From the NCBI GenBank assembly GCA_048938105.1, contig JBHLMN010000012.1, positions 32,001 to 96,000 on the forward strand: 64,000 nucleotides of DNA, written 5' to 3'. Made by a program: the position numbers and the translations under genes. The notes beneath the pieces were generated by a model. It had not been told where the DNA came from. It did no database searches and saw nothing but the letters and a program-made list of their open reading frames with translations. This document shows, piece after piece, positions 30,152 through 40,734 of this stretch; the first letter of the stretch is position 1; each line of letters starts with the position of its first letter. Source of the DNA: Promethearchaeota archaeon (GTDB lineage: Archaea > Asgardarchaeota > Heimdallarchaeia > Hodarchaeales > Hodarchaeaceae).

Positions 30152-30422
30152 GTATCTAATAATTTCTGAGGCTTAATTAATTTATAAATGAATAGCAGTT
30201 TCTTATTACATTTGATTTGTATCTCAATTATATATTAAAATCTAACAAAGAACGATATCTTCTAGTAGAAGAATTATTATAATTGAATGAGAAATTACTC
30301 CTCGCGAAGTGTAAAAATTATTGAAAGTGAAGAGATAAAAATCAATGTAGAATTTTAATTAACCACGTATTTCTTTATATTCTATATTTTTTAGACCAAG
30401 CATAACAGTAGAGGGATTCTCA

Positions 30423-31097
30423 TTGAGTAAGAAGATCAATCAAAAAGAAATTGAGAAACTAGCGATATTAATTGCACTTGAAGCAGAAGAAAAATCATTT
30501 CCTACTTTTCAAATGTTAATATCAAGAGCAGGGTTTCTATCAAGACCATTGTCTGAAAGAGACCTAAAACTAGAAAACATTAGAAATTCTTTAAATGAAT
30601 TAACAAAACTAGAACCTAGGAAACCTCCAGAAATTACTCAACAGGGTAGAAAAGAACTGTATGATCCTAAAAATAGAGATTTAATAATACAAATTCTAGG
30701 AAAATCGATGGAAGATATTGGAAATCAGTTCTTGGGTTATGGGGGTTTCATGGATAGATTAACAAAACGTATCCCTAATGATATTCATACACTTGAAAGA
30801 GAATTAAGCATTTCATTAGATGAGTTTCAAATATTATTGAGAGAAATCTATCATGAAGTAAATGCAGAAGAATCCCGATTTCATGGATTACTGCCATTAG
30901 ATCTAATTAAAAAGAAAATTAATCAAAAAAAACCTAATTTGACATTAGATGATATCAATAGGTTCCTTTTAATGATGGAAGAAGAACGAATTATTGATCT
31001 ACAAATTGCTTATGATGCCAGTTCAATTAAGGAACCAGAATTTGGAATTGAAATTCCAGGAAGAGGATTAATATATTTCCTAAAATACCGTAGCTAA
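30423..31097 (+). CDS. Hypothetical protein (possible winged-helix domains), first gene of a 3-gene operon
   Basis: 224-aa ORF with GAGGG SD, 13 bp upstream of the ATPase gene. Confidence 0.7.
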   Translation: MSKKINQKEIEKLAILIALEAEEKSFPTFQMLISRAGFLSRPLSERDLKLENIRNSLNELTKLEPRKPPEITQQGRKELYDPKNRDLIIQILGKSMEDIGNQFLGYGGFMDRLTKRIPNDIHTLERELSISLDEFQILLREIYHEVNAEESRFHGLLPLDLIKKKINQKKPNLTLDDINRFLLMMEEERIIDLQIAYDASSIKEPEFGIEIPGRGLIYFLKYRS

Positions 31098-31110
31098 AAG
31101 GAGGGGAAAA

Positions 31111-33234
31111 TTGATGATTGAAGAAGTTCAGAAAGCAATTTATTCAGCAAGTAATCCTTTTAGAAAAACCAATGTTAAATCAGCATGGGAAGATGATATA
31201 TTTGATGTAGAATCCTATAACTCTAAATGTTTCAGTGAAATTATTAATGAAATTAAGGAGATCTCTCATAAGGAATATAGTTCATTTATTCATTTGATTT
31301 TGGGAGAAGTAGGTTTAGGAAAAACTCACATTTTGGCACGATTGAGGAAAAAAGCTATAGAAGAGAACTTCTATTTTGTCGAGATCGAACCTGTACCTAA
31401 TCTTGACAAATTTTATATGCACATCTTGCGAGAATTTTCATCAAATTTGAGAAAAAAGATACCAGATTCAGATTTTACTTTTCTAGAGGAACTAGTTGCT
31501 AATCTTCTATTTCAACAAATGGAAAAAGCCTTAAAAAATAAGAAAAAGTTTAAAAAACTTCTCAATGAACTTCGTAAATCTCCTACTAAGATATTTAAAC
31601 TCAAACTATCAGAAGATGATCTTAACGATATAAAAGACACAATGATATTTAAAATTAGTAAAGATTATCCTGGTATTGAAGTTCAACTTGTTCAGATTCT
31701 ATTTGAAGCTATTAATCCAAGAAAATTCCTTTATGCAATCAAATGGTTACAGTGCGAAAGCCTATCTGAAGAGGAGATGAAACTTATTGGAGCAACAATT
31801 TCAATAGAAGAGGAGAATATAGCTTTTAATGTAATGAAATCACTTCTTGATTTAACTGATAAGATTGTAGTATTTGCTTTTGATCAGATTGAATCAATTG
31901 AGAAGAGTTTTGGTATAGTTGGATTACAAAAATTCTTTCAAATGATTGTGAATATCTATAATACATGTAAGAATCATCTTTCCATAATTATGGTTCAAAC
32001 TGGGGTATGGAATTCTTTCGTTAGAGATAATCTTGATCAATCTGTTATTGATCGTATTGAAAATACTTCAATTCTTGAAAAATTGACAGTTGAAGAAAGT
32101 GGTTTAATAATTGAAAAGAGAATGGATTTAGTATGGAAGAGGGCTACTATTTCACCTTCTAATCCACGTTATCCGTTTACTGAAGAAAAGATTGAGGATC
32201 TTTCAAAAAAAAGTGCTTGGAATCCAAGGAAATTTATCCGAAATGCAGGTATTTTTTTCAAAGAAATCCAAACTAATGGAGTTGAAATCACTCCGCCTGA
32301 AGGAGATTTAGAAGAAGACATTGCCAAAGATGAAACTGAATTCATCTTGAAATCACTTGTAAGCATCGAAGAAAAATATCATGTTGAATATATGAATTCA
32401 TCTTTGGATAAAAGGGAGGATATAATAATTTCTGCAATTTATCAGCTTTTTAGGGGTATGAAAGATTATAAAATCAGTTATAAAGGTGTAAATATTACTG
32501 ATGTTGAAAGAAATTTAGTTTTTGAGCGAGGAAAAAAAGGAATAAACTTATTATTACGCTTTAGACATTCTAACTTGGATAAAAAAATTGGTATTGAATG
32601 TAGTAATGCGAGTAATATGGTTAAACTCTATCATACTTTGAATCGATTAATTACTTACAATAAGGATGGCCATTATGATAACAATATTTTTATTCGCGAA
32701 AAAGATCTATTAATTTCTCGAACTGCTAAAAGGACAATAGACCTTGTAGAAATTATCAAATCTCAAGGGGGATACTTTGAGATAGATAATAAAGTTAATT
32801 TAAAGCTTTACGCTTTAAAACGCCTTTTAGATTCTGCTGGAGCTAAAGAACTCTCTTATAGAGATAAGATTCTCGATTATGAAGATACCTGTAAAATCCT
32901 TATACATTCATACATTCAAACAATGACAATCTTTGAGGACTTGTTTGATTTTATTACATCATTATTCCAAATTCAAATTGAAGAAGATTCACCTGAAGAA
33001 ACTGATAAAGAGCAAGAAGTCACTTCTATCCAATATAAAGATGAATTATGGAATTTCATTTGCAAAAGAAGATTCTTAGGTTTTGATTCAATAAAAAAAA
33101 GGTTCAAGGATATTTCTAATTCAAATATTATTTCCAATTTAAAGGACCTAGAAAAGCAGAAAAGGATTATTATCAGAGAAGGACCAAATAAAGAATTGTT
33201 GATTCAATTAAAATCAGAAAGAAAATTATCCTGA
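31111..33234 (+). CDS. P-loop AAA+ ATPase with C-terminal extension
   Basis: SNPF, Walker A GEVGLGKTH, Walker B VFAFDQIE, WNPRKFI; GGAGGGG SD. Confidence 0.85.
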   Translation: MMIEEVQKAIYSASNPFRKTNVKSAWEDDIFDVESYNSKCFSEIINEIKEISHKEYSSFIHLILGEVGLGKTHILARLRKKAIEENFYFVEIEPVPNLDKFYMHILREFSSNLRKKIPDSDFTFLEELVANLLFQQMEKALKNKKKFKKLLNELRKSPTKIFKLKLSEDDLNDIKDTMIFKISKDYPGIEVQLVQILFEAINPRKFLYAIKWLQCESLSEEEMKLIGATISIEEENIAFNVMKSLLDLTDKIVVFAFDQIESIEKSFGIVGLQKFFQMIVNIYNTCKNHLSIIMVQTGVWNSFVRDNLDQSVIDRIENTSILEKLTVEESGLIIEKRMDLVWKRATISPSNPRYPFTEEKIEDLSKKSAWNPRKFIRNAGIFFKEIQTNGVEITPPEGDLEEDIAKDETEFILKSLVSIEEKYHVEYMNSSLDKREDIIISAIYQLFRGMKDYKISYKGVNITDVERNLVFERGKKGINLLLRFRHSNLDKKIGIECSNASNMVKLYHTLNRLITYNKDGHYDNNIFIREKDLLISRTAKRTIDLVEIIKSQGGYFEIDNKVNLKLYALKRLLDSAGAKELSYRDKILDYEDTCKILIHSYIQTMTIFEDLFDFITSLFQIQIEEDSPEETDKEQEVTSIQYKDELWNFICKRRFLGFDSIKKRFKDISNSNIISNLKDLEKQKRIIIREGPNKELLIQLKSERKLS

Positions 33235-33252
33235 GAAAGGGGGAGATACATA

Positions 33253-35415
33253 ATGTCATCAAAATATGAATATCGTTTTTCAGCAACAGATGTGAGAAAT
33301 GCAATAAAATGTCCTAGACTCTTTGTATTGGCCAAGAAATTTAAAAAAAGAGCTGCCTATCCTATCGGATTAGGTGTTGGAAATCTTGTTCATGATACTT
33401 TAAACAGTTTTATTAAAATGATTTCAAGTAGATCAAAGATCATTTCTTTGTTTTCGAAAAACATGAATACCAATGAGATTAGGGAGATATGCAGAGAATT
33501 ACTTTCTGAATTATTTTCAGAAAGGATAGATAAAAAACTCTCAAAAATTCGTGATATAAACACAATTGAAAAAGCTTGGATTTTACTTGATGGTTCTTCA
33601 GAAAAATTCGCTTTAATCTTAAAAAAAGCATTAATTAGATATCCACTAGAGGAAATCCCAGGTAAAATCATATTAGGAGCAGAAAAATCTTTCAAACTCC
33701 CTTTAACAATTCAAGACCAACAATTTATACTGACTGGAAGAGTTGATTTTCTCTTAAGAGACCCTGAAACAAATCAAATCATAATTTTTGATTATAAGAC
33801 TGGATCACCAGAGAATATTAATCAAGATTGTATTCAGCTAGTTTGTTATTCAATGGGGATTGAGAGGGAACTTAAAGAGAAAAGTGAGATCAGAATTCTT
33901 TATTTTTTTGAAGATGGAATCAGAGATGTTGAACTTCCACCTTCGGAAGATCTAAAGCCAAAATTACTCACTTTACTTCTCGAAATGGCTCAATGGCTAG
34001 AAGACTACCCACAACGAATTTCAGATGAAGAACTCTGTGATAAATGTCTGGTAAAACAAGACTGCTATAAAGAATTTGATGGTATAAACCCCCCAGACGA
34101 GATAAAAGCAAGTATATTTGATAAGATTAAAGATTTAGTAAAGACTCCCTCCATACATGAGGCTCATGAGATTAAAATCGGAAAATCTTTGAAAAATAAC
34201 AACGAAATTAAAATTAACAAAAATAAGTTTACACGCCACATAGCAATTTTAGGTTCCTCTGGATCAGGAAAAACAGTTCTTGCTAAAGTGATCATTGAGG
34301 AAATTCTCGGATCGGGGATTTCGGCACTTCTTATAGATCCACAAGGGGATTTAGCGTCTCTTACTTTATCAAATACCATAGAAGGGCAAAAATTACTTTC
34401 TAATATAGAAAAATTCATTTTTACCCCTGGTTCTAATAAGGGAGTAAATCTTATTTTGGATCCTTTTGCTGATCCTCCAAAAGAGAAGGGATTAGATAAA
34501 AATGAGTTTCGAGAATTTAAACTGGCATTACTTGATAATATTAGTTTGAATCTTCTTTCTATTTTGAATTTAGATCCAGCGAAGAACAAAGAAGAAAAAT
34601 CATTTCTTGAGGTTGTAATAAATGAAATTTGGAATATGGGAGAAAGACCAAGTTTTACAAAGATTGCAAACTATGTTGAAAGCATCGAGACTGTTACACC
34701 TGTTGATGGAGGAGAAAGAATTTCGGTCGATTTACTATTATCTTCAAGAAAAAGAAGACAAATATGTTCGTTACTCCTGTCCTACGCAGTTGGAACAGAT
34801 GGGACTCTCTTCCGTGGCGGTGAATCGTTAAATCTTAATGATATCACTAGTGGCAAACCAAAATTATATGTAATCCACCTAGGAGCGATTGGTGCAGATG
34901 TTAAGAAGAGACAAATTGTACTTTCTTGGATTATTAGATCAATATATACTTGGATGCTAAAAAATCCTCCAAAGGATCAAGATCCTAGATTATTATTTTA
35001 TATAGACGAAGTTGCTGATTTTCTACCCCCACATCCACATAATCCTGCATCAAAAAAGATGATAGATTTGTTACTACGACAAGCTCGAAAGTATGGTGTT
35101 AGTTGTATGTTAGCAACTCAATCACCAGCTAGTATCGATTATAAAGCTTTAGATAATGTTTTAACATTACTTATAGGGAGAATACCAACAAAACAGAGTA
35201 AAGAAAAAATATCTGACCTTGTAGGACCAAAATTTAAAGATTTTGATGATAGAAAAGAAAAATTAGAAAAAGTAATGAAGGCGAAACAAGGTGAATTTCT
35301 TATTGTGTCTGAGGATATTAATCCCTGTCTTTTCAAGTCAAGAATGACATATACAGAACACAGAATATTGAGTCTTGAAGACATCTCAAGGCTCTATCAT
35401 GAAAACTTGATATAA
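33253..35415 (+). CDS. Cas4/AddB-like PD-(D/E)xK nuclease fused to a HerA/FtsK-like ATPase
   Basis: KCPR...GNLVH...GRVD...FDYKTG...QLVCY...CDKCLVKQDC (4 Cys); HIAILGSSGSGKT, LIDPQGD, YIDEV, RQARKYGV, LATQSP. Confidence 0.9.
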   Translation: MSSKYEYRFSATDVRNAIKCPRLFVLAKKFKKRAAYPIGLGVGNLVHDTLNSFIKMISSRSKIISLFSKNMNTNEIREICRELLSELFSERIDKKLSKIRDINTIEKAWILLDGSSEKFALILKKALIRYPLEEIPGKIILGAEKSFKLPLTIQDQQFILTGRVDFLLRDPETNQIIIFDYKTGSPENINQDCIQLVCYSMGIERELKEKSEIRILYFFEDGIRDVELPPSEDLKPKLLTLLLEMAQWLEDYPQRISDEELCDKCLVKQDCYKEFDGINPPDEIKASIFDKIKDLVKTPSIHEAHEIKIGKSLKNNNEIKINKNKFTRHIAILGSSGSGKTVLAKVIIEEILGSGISALLIDPQGDLASLTLSNTIEGQKLLSNIEKFIFTPGSNKGVNLILDPFADPPKEKGLDKNEFREFKLALLDNISLNLLSILNLDPAKNKEEKSFLEVVINEIWNMGERPSFTKIANYVESIETVTPVDGGERISVDLLLSSRKRRQICSLLLSYAVGTDGTLFRGGESLNLNDITSGKPKLYVIHLGAIGADVKKRQIVLSWIIRSIYTWMLKNPPKDQDPRLLFYIDEVADFLPPHPHNPASKKMIDLLLRQARKYGVSCMLATQSPASIDYKALDNVLTLLIGRIPTKQSKEKISDLVGPKFKDFDDRKEKLEKVMKAKQGEFLIVSEDINPCLFKSRMTYTEHRILSLEDISRLYHENLI

Positions 35416-35444
35416 ATAGAAATAAGTATGTTCAGGCAAGACCA

Positions 35445-35472
35445 GAGATGCTAATCCTGCCTTTTACGGTCT
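35445..35472 (+). repeat. 28-bp dif-like site, copy 8
   Basis: GAGATGCTAAT-CCTGCC-TTTTACGGTCT. Confidence 0.65.
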
Positions 35473-35682
35473 TAAATTTAAGGAAACATAACAACTAAGA
35501 AAGGTTTTCATCAATTTCCTAAGTAGAAAATGTAATTTTCTTCCTCTATTGCACTTAAATGGACATCACGGATGAATATAATAGGAATAATTAAGGACTA
35601 GATATGGATTAAATCTCAAAAAAAGGAAAATGAAAACCCAGATGACTCTGGAAATATATCTAGATCTAGCTAATCTGAAATT

Positions 35683-36387
35683 GTGAGAATAATGCCTTAT
35701 GTTCCTCCAGAATATTTAAAAACAATTGTACTTTTAGGAAACATTAACCACAATAGGAGAATTTGTCCTTTAGGTACTGGATTCTTAGTACAAGTAAAAA
35801 AAGAGGGGTATTCCCGTTTCTGGCTTGTCACTGCTGCTCATGTTGTTAAAGACGATATGAGTTATTTTTTTATGGGAAAAGATAGAAAAATAAATCGGAT
35901 CTCATTTGAAGCTTTAAAAGAAAAACTGGGAGTAGAGTGGCATATTTTTCAAGATGATTTTGCGATTATTAATGTTGGTTTCGACCTTGAAGCTCATGAT
36001 ATTAAATTAATTCAGTCGGATATGATTTTCAGTCGAGAAAGATTATTTCCAGGAGAAGATGTTTTCTTTCTCGGTTATCCACTAGGTTTTATTGAAGATA
36101 ATGATATAACTCCGTTTATTAGAATGGGAATTATTGCTAGAATGTACGATAATAAAAATAGGTTCATAATTGATGGTTATTCGACTGGTGGAAGTAGTGG
36201 AAGTCCTCTATTCATTCATTCTAAAATATTTTCACGACATGGACAATCGAGAAGTATGCCACAATTGATTGGAATGATTCAAGGGCATATACCTCACCCG
36301 AATCATCCTGATGAAAACACAAATTTAGCTCTCGCGCTGTCTGTAGAGAAGATACATTCTGAAATAATGAACTTAAATCAAGCCTAA
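35683..36387 (+). CDS. Trypsin-like serine protease
   Basis: GTGFLV, VTAAHV (His), DDFAI (Asp), GYPLG, GGSSGSP (Ser); no signal peptide. Confidence 0.9.
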   Translation: MRIMPYVPPEYLKTIVLLGNINHNRRICPLGTGFLVQVKKEGYSRFWLVTAAHVVKDDMSYFFMGKDRKINRISFEALKEKLGVEWHIFQDDFAIINVGFDLEAHDIKLIQSDMIFSRERLFPGEDVFFLGYPLGFIEDNDITPFIRMGIIARMYDNKNRFIIDGYSTGGSSGSPLFIHSKIFSRHGQSRSMPQLIGMIQGHIPHPNHPDENTNLALALSVEKIHSEIMNLNQA

Positions 36388-36936
36388 GCCATTAACAGCT
36401 CTTTTATTACTAGAAAGATGAGTTGTGGATAAAGAGAAAGGACTTATTAATCCAATAAGAATTAATAGAAAAACTAATTATAAAATTGGGTGGTATTACT
36501 GCCTATAGATGGAATTGCTGGAAGTATATTCGACATTTCAATTCCTATTATCACAATAAATGCCACTAGTACTCCATATGTTCAAAATGACATCGGATTA
36601 ATTTCTTTCTTTCCCTTGAACACTCCAGGGTTTAATATGGATCTTCTAACAGGTGGTGAAATTCCAATCACAAAAATTCTTGTGTTTCCAATTACTCCTC
36701 GAGTTTGTATACATTTTTGTACAATTAAAACTGTAAATAAATGGGTAAAAAAAACCAAAAGTTAGCGGAAGGGGACTCATCTTAAGATCATCTGAGGAAC
36801 AAAATATTGAACTCACAAATCCATTATTACTAAAGTTTGTTGAAAAATTCGTCTATTCTAATCAAGAAATAGATAAAAATTTATTTTTGAAATAACTAAG
36901 GAAAAGCGAATAACTTTGAGAGCCATATAAATTTCA

Positions 36937-36964
36937 ATCTTATCAATCCAGCCTTTATCGACCA
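36937..36964 (+). repeat. 28-bp dif-like site, copy 9
   Basis: ATCTTATCAAT-CCAGCC-TTTATCGACCA. Confidence 0.7.
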
Positions 36965-37218
36965 ATCTAAAAATTGTCTAGACAAAGTATTAATTCTTTC
37001 ATTCTGTCTTTTTGGCTTTTTAGAGATTACATTAGCATCTATAATTTAATAATTAACTTCTACAACTATTCAAAACTGTTTTTAATAGCATTAGGATGTT
37101 TTATCCATCAATAACTTCATTGATACATTATAATGTCTTTAAAGAAAATTTATTAAAAACTTATAAAATTATAAGTAAAACTTAAAAAAATCATTCATTT
37201 ACTTGTAATTGGATTTTC

Positions 37219-38271
37219 GTGGGAATATTCATGGGGATAATTGTACGAGAATTTGACTATAAGGGAATGAAAGGAAGATTATTTAAGACTTCAAAAGATC
37301 TGATTTACAATGAATTAAAAGAAAAAATAGGTGAAAGCCTCAATTTTATTCCAAGAAAAATTCCAGATTATACTGATCATGGCATAGAACATGTTAAAAG
37401 AATGCAAGAAATTTTAGATGTCCTAAGTAATTTTATCAGACAGATCTCCACTCCTGGTCACCTTACTGATTTTGAATATCAAGCTTTAAAGTTTGCAATC
37501 TTATTTCATGATATTGGCAATTTACACTGTAGAACTTTTCATAATTTCCATTCATGTGAATTATTGCTAGGAAAAAAAACATACATTTCTGGGGGTTTAA
37601 CCACTAATACAATCAAGAGTGTAAATGAACAACTTAGAATATATGGCTTAAATAACTTAGATTTTGATGTATCATGGTCTGAAGAAGATATTTCTGGTTT
37701 AACGGAAAGAGAAATGAATTTTATTTCGTTAATCGCAGAATTGTGTAAATACCATAAGTTATCAACGAAATATTTGGATATGGAAGATAAACTCCTTGAA
37801 TTATGTAAGAATGAAGGGAATCTATTTCGAAAATTATCTTGTATCCTACGGATCTGTGATAATTTAGATCTTAGTCAACAGAGAACTCCAGGCTTAATAT
37901 ATGAAATGATGAAAACTGAAATGGACTGCGAAAGCAAAATAATTTGGGAGGCCCATAAGATTATGAAACCTCCAGAAATTCTTGTTTCTGATGACGAAAA
38001 ACATGTATTAATTGTGATAAGAATTGAAGAATTCTTTGAAAGAGAAGAAAACATTAAGAAATATATTCAGAATATTATAAATAGATATCGAGAAGAAATA
38101 ACAATTGGAACATGTAAACAAGCTAGAAGAACCGATTTAATTGAATTTGCTGAACTTGTAGATACACATATAATTATGAGTTTTTCTTCTCATGGAAGAA
38201 AAAAAGAGATCATTGAATATTTTTATACCAATAAAGCTCTAAAGAATACTGAAATTGAAAGTTTGTTATAA
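37219..38271 (+). CDS. HD-domain phosphohydrolase (HD-CE-like)
   Basis: YTDHGIEHVKR, LFHDIG, CKYH, LRICDNLDLSQQR. Confidence 0.85.
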   Translation: MGIFMGIIVREFDYKGMKGRLFKTSKDLIYNELKEKIGESLNFIPRKIPDYTDHGIEHVKRMQEILDVLSNFIRQISTPGHLTDFEYQALKFAILFHDIGNLHCRTFHNFHSCELLLGKKTYISGGLTTNTIKSVNEQLRIYGLNNLDFDVSWSEEDISGLTEREMNFISLIAELCKYHKLSTKYLDMEDKLLELCKNEGNLFRKLSCILRICDNLDLSQQRTPGLIYEMMKTEMDCESKIIWEAHKIMKPPEILVSDDEKHVLIVIRIEEFFEREENIKKYIQNIINRYREEITIGTCKQARRTDLIEFAELVDTHIIMSFSSHGRKKEIIEYFYTNKALKNTEIESLL

Positions 38272-38353
38272 TGAATTACCGATTGAGTAGGATTAAAAAG
38301 TGTAATTTAAGATAGATACACTAAAATAGTACTATTAAGAAAATGTTAAGAAA

Positions 38354-39355
38354 ATGTCCACAATAAATCAGGAGCAAGATGGAGATAATATGGAAGGAAG
38401 GAAGGTTTTAATTGTTGCAGAAAAAAGCTTTAGGGGACTAATTTCATCTTTAATTGAACGAAAATATTATAACAATAAATACAACATTGAATCTACCATT
38501 ATTCATCCTCCAAATAATAATATTAACTTTATTTCTGAAATAAAGGATTATAACAAAATCGTATTTCTGAATTATGAAGTAGAGGAAAATCAAGCCAACC
38601 TAATTCACGAAAATTTAATTGACAAAATTCATCGAACAATTTTATATTATTATTCCAATAGAGAATATTCCAAGTCAGGAAAAATTCTAATGGAGAAATT
38701 TTCTAAGAGTACCAATATTTCGTTTTTTCAGTCTCGTATCGTGGAACGGTTTACTATCCATCCTAAAGACAAATATGATTGGTATTTAAGCGCATTAGCT
38801 CACATTGTAGATTATGCAAATCTTGAAATAGATGAAGAGACAATTAAACAAGCTTTATCTTTGATTAATATTAAAGCGCTAAAGCGCAATCAAGAATATT
38901 TAGATGATCCAATATTATATCTTGCCTATCTAACTAAAAAAGATTTCACGATACTGAAATCAATAATTGAACCAATATTCATCCGACCAGGGGCATCAGA
39001 ATTAATTTCTATGAAAACACGATGGCATTGTAGCGAGAATCTAACAAAACCATACAAGGTTTATATAAATACAATTCTAAGAAAAATTCCTCAGAAAAGG
39101 CAGGATGAACTTTATCCTAGGAATCGAATGATAATAAGATCCCACAGAACATTAGAAACACGCTTTTGGGAAGATCATCAAACAGCAAAGATTCATTTCC
39201 ATCATTTATCGAAAATTCCAGACCCAAAAACTTGGTATTTTTCCACTCCTTCAGGTTATATTGTTAAGAATGTAAATGAATTTTTTATAGAAAATCAGTC
39301 GGGAGATAATGCCAATTCTGCATTGCAATTAAAAAAAAGATTTTTAGAGCGATAA
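38354..39355 (+). CDS. Hypothetical protein (possibly a degenerate DHH-like fold)
   Basis: 333-aa ORF co-oriented with the HD gene; N-terminal KVLIVAEKSFRGLISS...KIVFLN. Confidence 0.6.
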   Translation: MSTINQEQDGDNMEGRKVLIVAEKSFRGLISSLIERKYYNNKYNIESTIIHPPNNNINFISEIKDYNKIVFLNYEVEENQANLIHENLIDKIHRTILYYYSNREYSKSGKILMEKFSKSTNISFFQSRIVERFTIHPKDKYDWYLSALAHIVDYANLEIDEETIKQALSLINIKALKRNQEYLDDPILYLAYLTKKDFTILKSIIEPIFIRPGASELISMKTRWHCSENLTKPYKVYINTILRKIPQKRQDELYPRNRMIIRSHRTLETRFWEDHQTAKIHFHHLSKIPDPKTWYFSTPSGYIVKNVNEFFIENQSGDNANSALQLKKRFLER

Positions 39356-39360
39356 TCATT

Positions 39361-40176
39361 ATGAGAATAGTTGAAAATTTATCAATTTTTTGTTTCGGAA
39401 TTTTAAAAGAAAAAACGCTTCCATCTGGATTTGTACTATTTCAAAGATCTGATGAAATCATTCAACTTTTGACTGAGATTGGAATGAATCCGATAGATTT
39501 AGTTAATAAAGAGCAACAGGAGGACATATATCAGAATCAATATATTGTTATTAAGTGCTCCATACCCGATAATTGCCAGGATCAGCTATATATTTCAGAA
39601 ATAACAGTTACTATGAAAGGTGTTGGTATATTAATTACACCTATTGATACTTATTACACCCTTGAAAAAGAAAAACAAGTTGAAATCCTATTAGATGAAT
39701 CACAGAGGGTTGAGCTGCGTCTTATCGAAATAATGAAAGAGTTTGGCAAAATTCTTACGACAATCAAGAATATTACGGAAAATGATTATACTTTATACTA
39801 TGATATAAAAGCAAAATCGAAATTTGAGGCTGATAATTTTTTAAATATTTACAATAAAGACATGGTTAAATTTTTTAAAGTTTTGAAAGAAAAATCTTAC
39901 CCAATTGCAGATTTTTCAGATAATAAAGTCGAACCTAGCCTTTCAGGAATTATTTCACCGAAAATAATTGAAGACGTTGAAAAAATGAGTCATCATATGA
40001 AAGAACTTAGAAAAATTCCTTTTCCAATAAGAGATTTTTATGTTGCTCATCGTACTCCTGAAGATGTACCATTAAAAGAAATCCAAATATCCATTTCTGG
40101 AATAAATCTTGAATCCTATTGTGAATGTTTACAGATACTTGATGAAATTATTGATGGAAATGAAAAATCGCTTTAA
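39361..40176 (+). CDS. Hypothetical protein
   Basis: 271-aa ORF, 5 bp after the previous stop. Confidence 0.7.
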   Translation: MRIVENLSIFCFGILKEKTLPSGFVLFQRSDEIIQLLTEIGMNPIDLVNKEQQEDIYQNQYIVIKCSIPDNCQDQLYISEITVTMKGVGILITPIDTYYTLEKEKQVEILLDESQRVELRLIEIMKEFGKILTTIKNITENDYTLYYDIKAKSKFEADNFLNIYNKDMVKFFKVLKEKSYPIADFSDNKVEPSLSGIISPKIIEDVEKMSHHMKELRKIPFPIRDFYVAHRTPEDVPLKEIQISISGINLESYCECLQILDEIIDGNEKSL

Positions 40177-40332
40177 GAGATAACCCAAAAGTAAATTGAA
40201 TCTCGTCTGATGTTTATTCCAATAATTCCTTTCGGATCATTTTTTACAAATGACTTAAAAAATCTTGTACCTTTATATGGCTAAAACAATAATCGAAAAT
40301 TCTTAATGACTCTGCTGAGAATACTCAATTAA

Positions 40333-40563
40333 TTCGCTGGTGTAAACATATCGAAAAAAGTGAAAACCAATCCTGAGCTCTTCTTAAAAATAGTCGAACT
40401 ATTCAACAAAGAGGTAAAGGAATTCTTTAAGGTACTTTATCAAATGAAATAAGACTGGGTTATTGATGATTCCAAATTTCGAACAACATTTACTGATTTT
40501 GAATTAATACCACTCGATCAAGCATTTAAAGTAACATTTGACTGGAAAACAGAGGATAAGTAA
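40333..40563 (+). pseudogene. Remnant resembling the C-terminus of an NAD-dependent epimerase/dehydratase
   Basis: ...LFNKEVKEFFKVLYQMK*DWVIDDSKFRTTFTDFELIPLDQAFKVTFDW; internal stop, no 5' part. Confidence 0.45.
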
Positions 40564-40652
40564 TAGCTATCATCTTCTTTTTTTTCAAACAACATGTACT
40601 AGTAGAAAAAGAAAAATGGAACATACTCGTTACAACATTTTTTTGTAACCAA

Positions 40653-40680
40653 ATTCTGCCAATCCAGCCATTTACGACCT
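40653..40680 (+). repeat. 28-bp dif-like site, copy 10
   Basis: ATTCTGCCAAT-CCAGCC-ATTTACGACCT. Confidence 0.75.
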
Positions 40681-40734
40681 TTTTAATTCGATAATTGTAT
40701 GAAAAATATACCTAGAAATCACTCTCCATAAAGT

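Noticed and set aside
33253-35415. Cas4-like nuclease and CARF genes as a CRISPR-Cas locus
   Set aside because: No cas1/cas2/cas10, RAMP genes or array in the window; the nuclease is fused to HerA.
36490-36765. 91-aa ORF after the protease
   Set aside because: No motif or SD; the opposite strand also reads as an interrupted hydrophobic frame, so neither can be supported.
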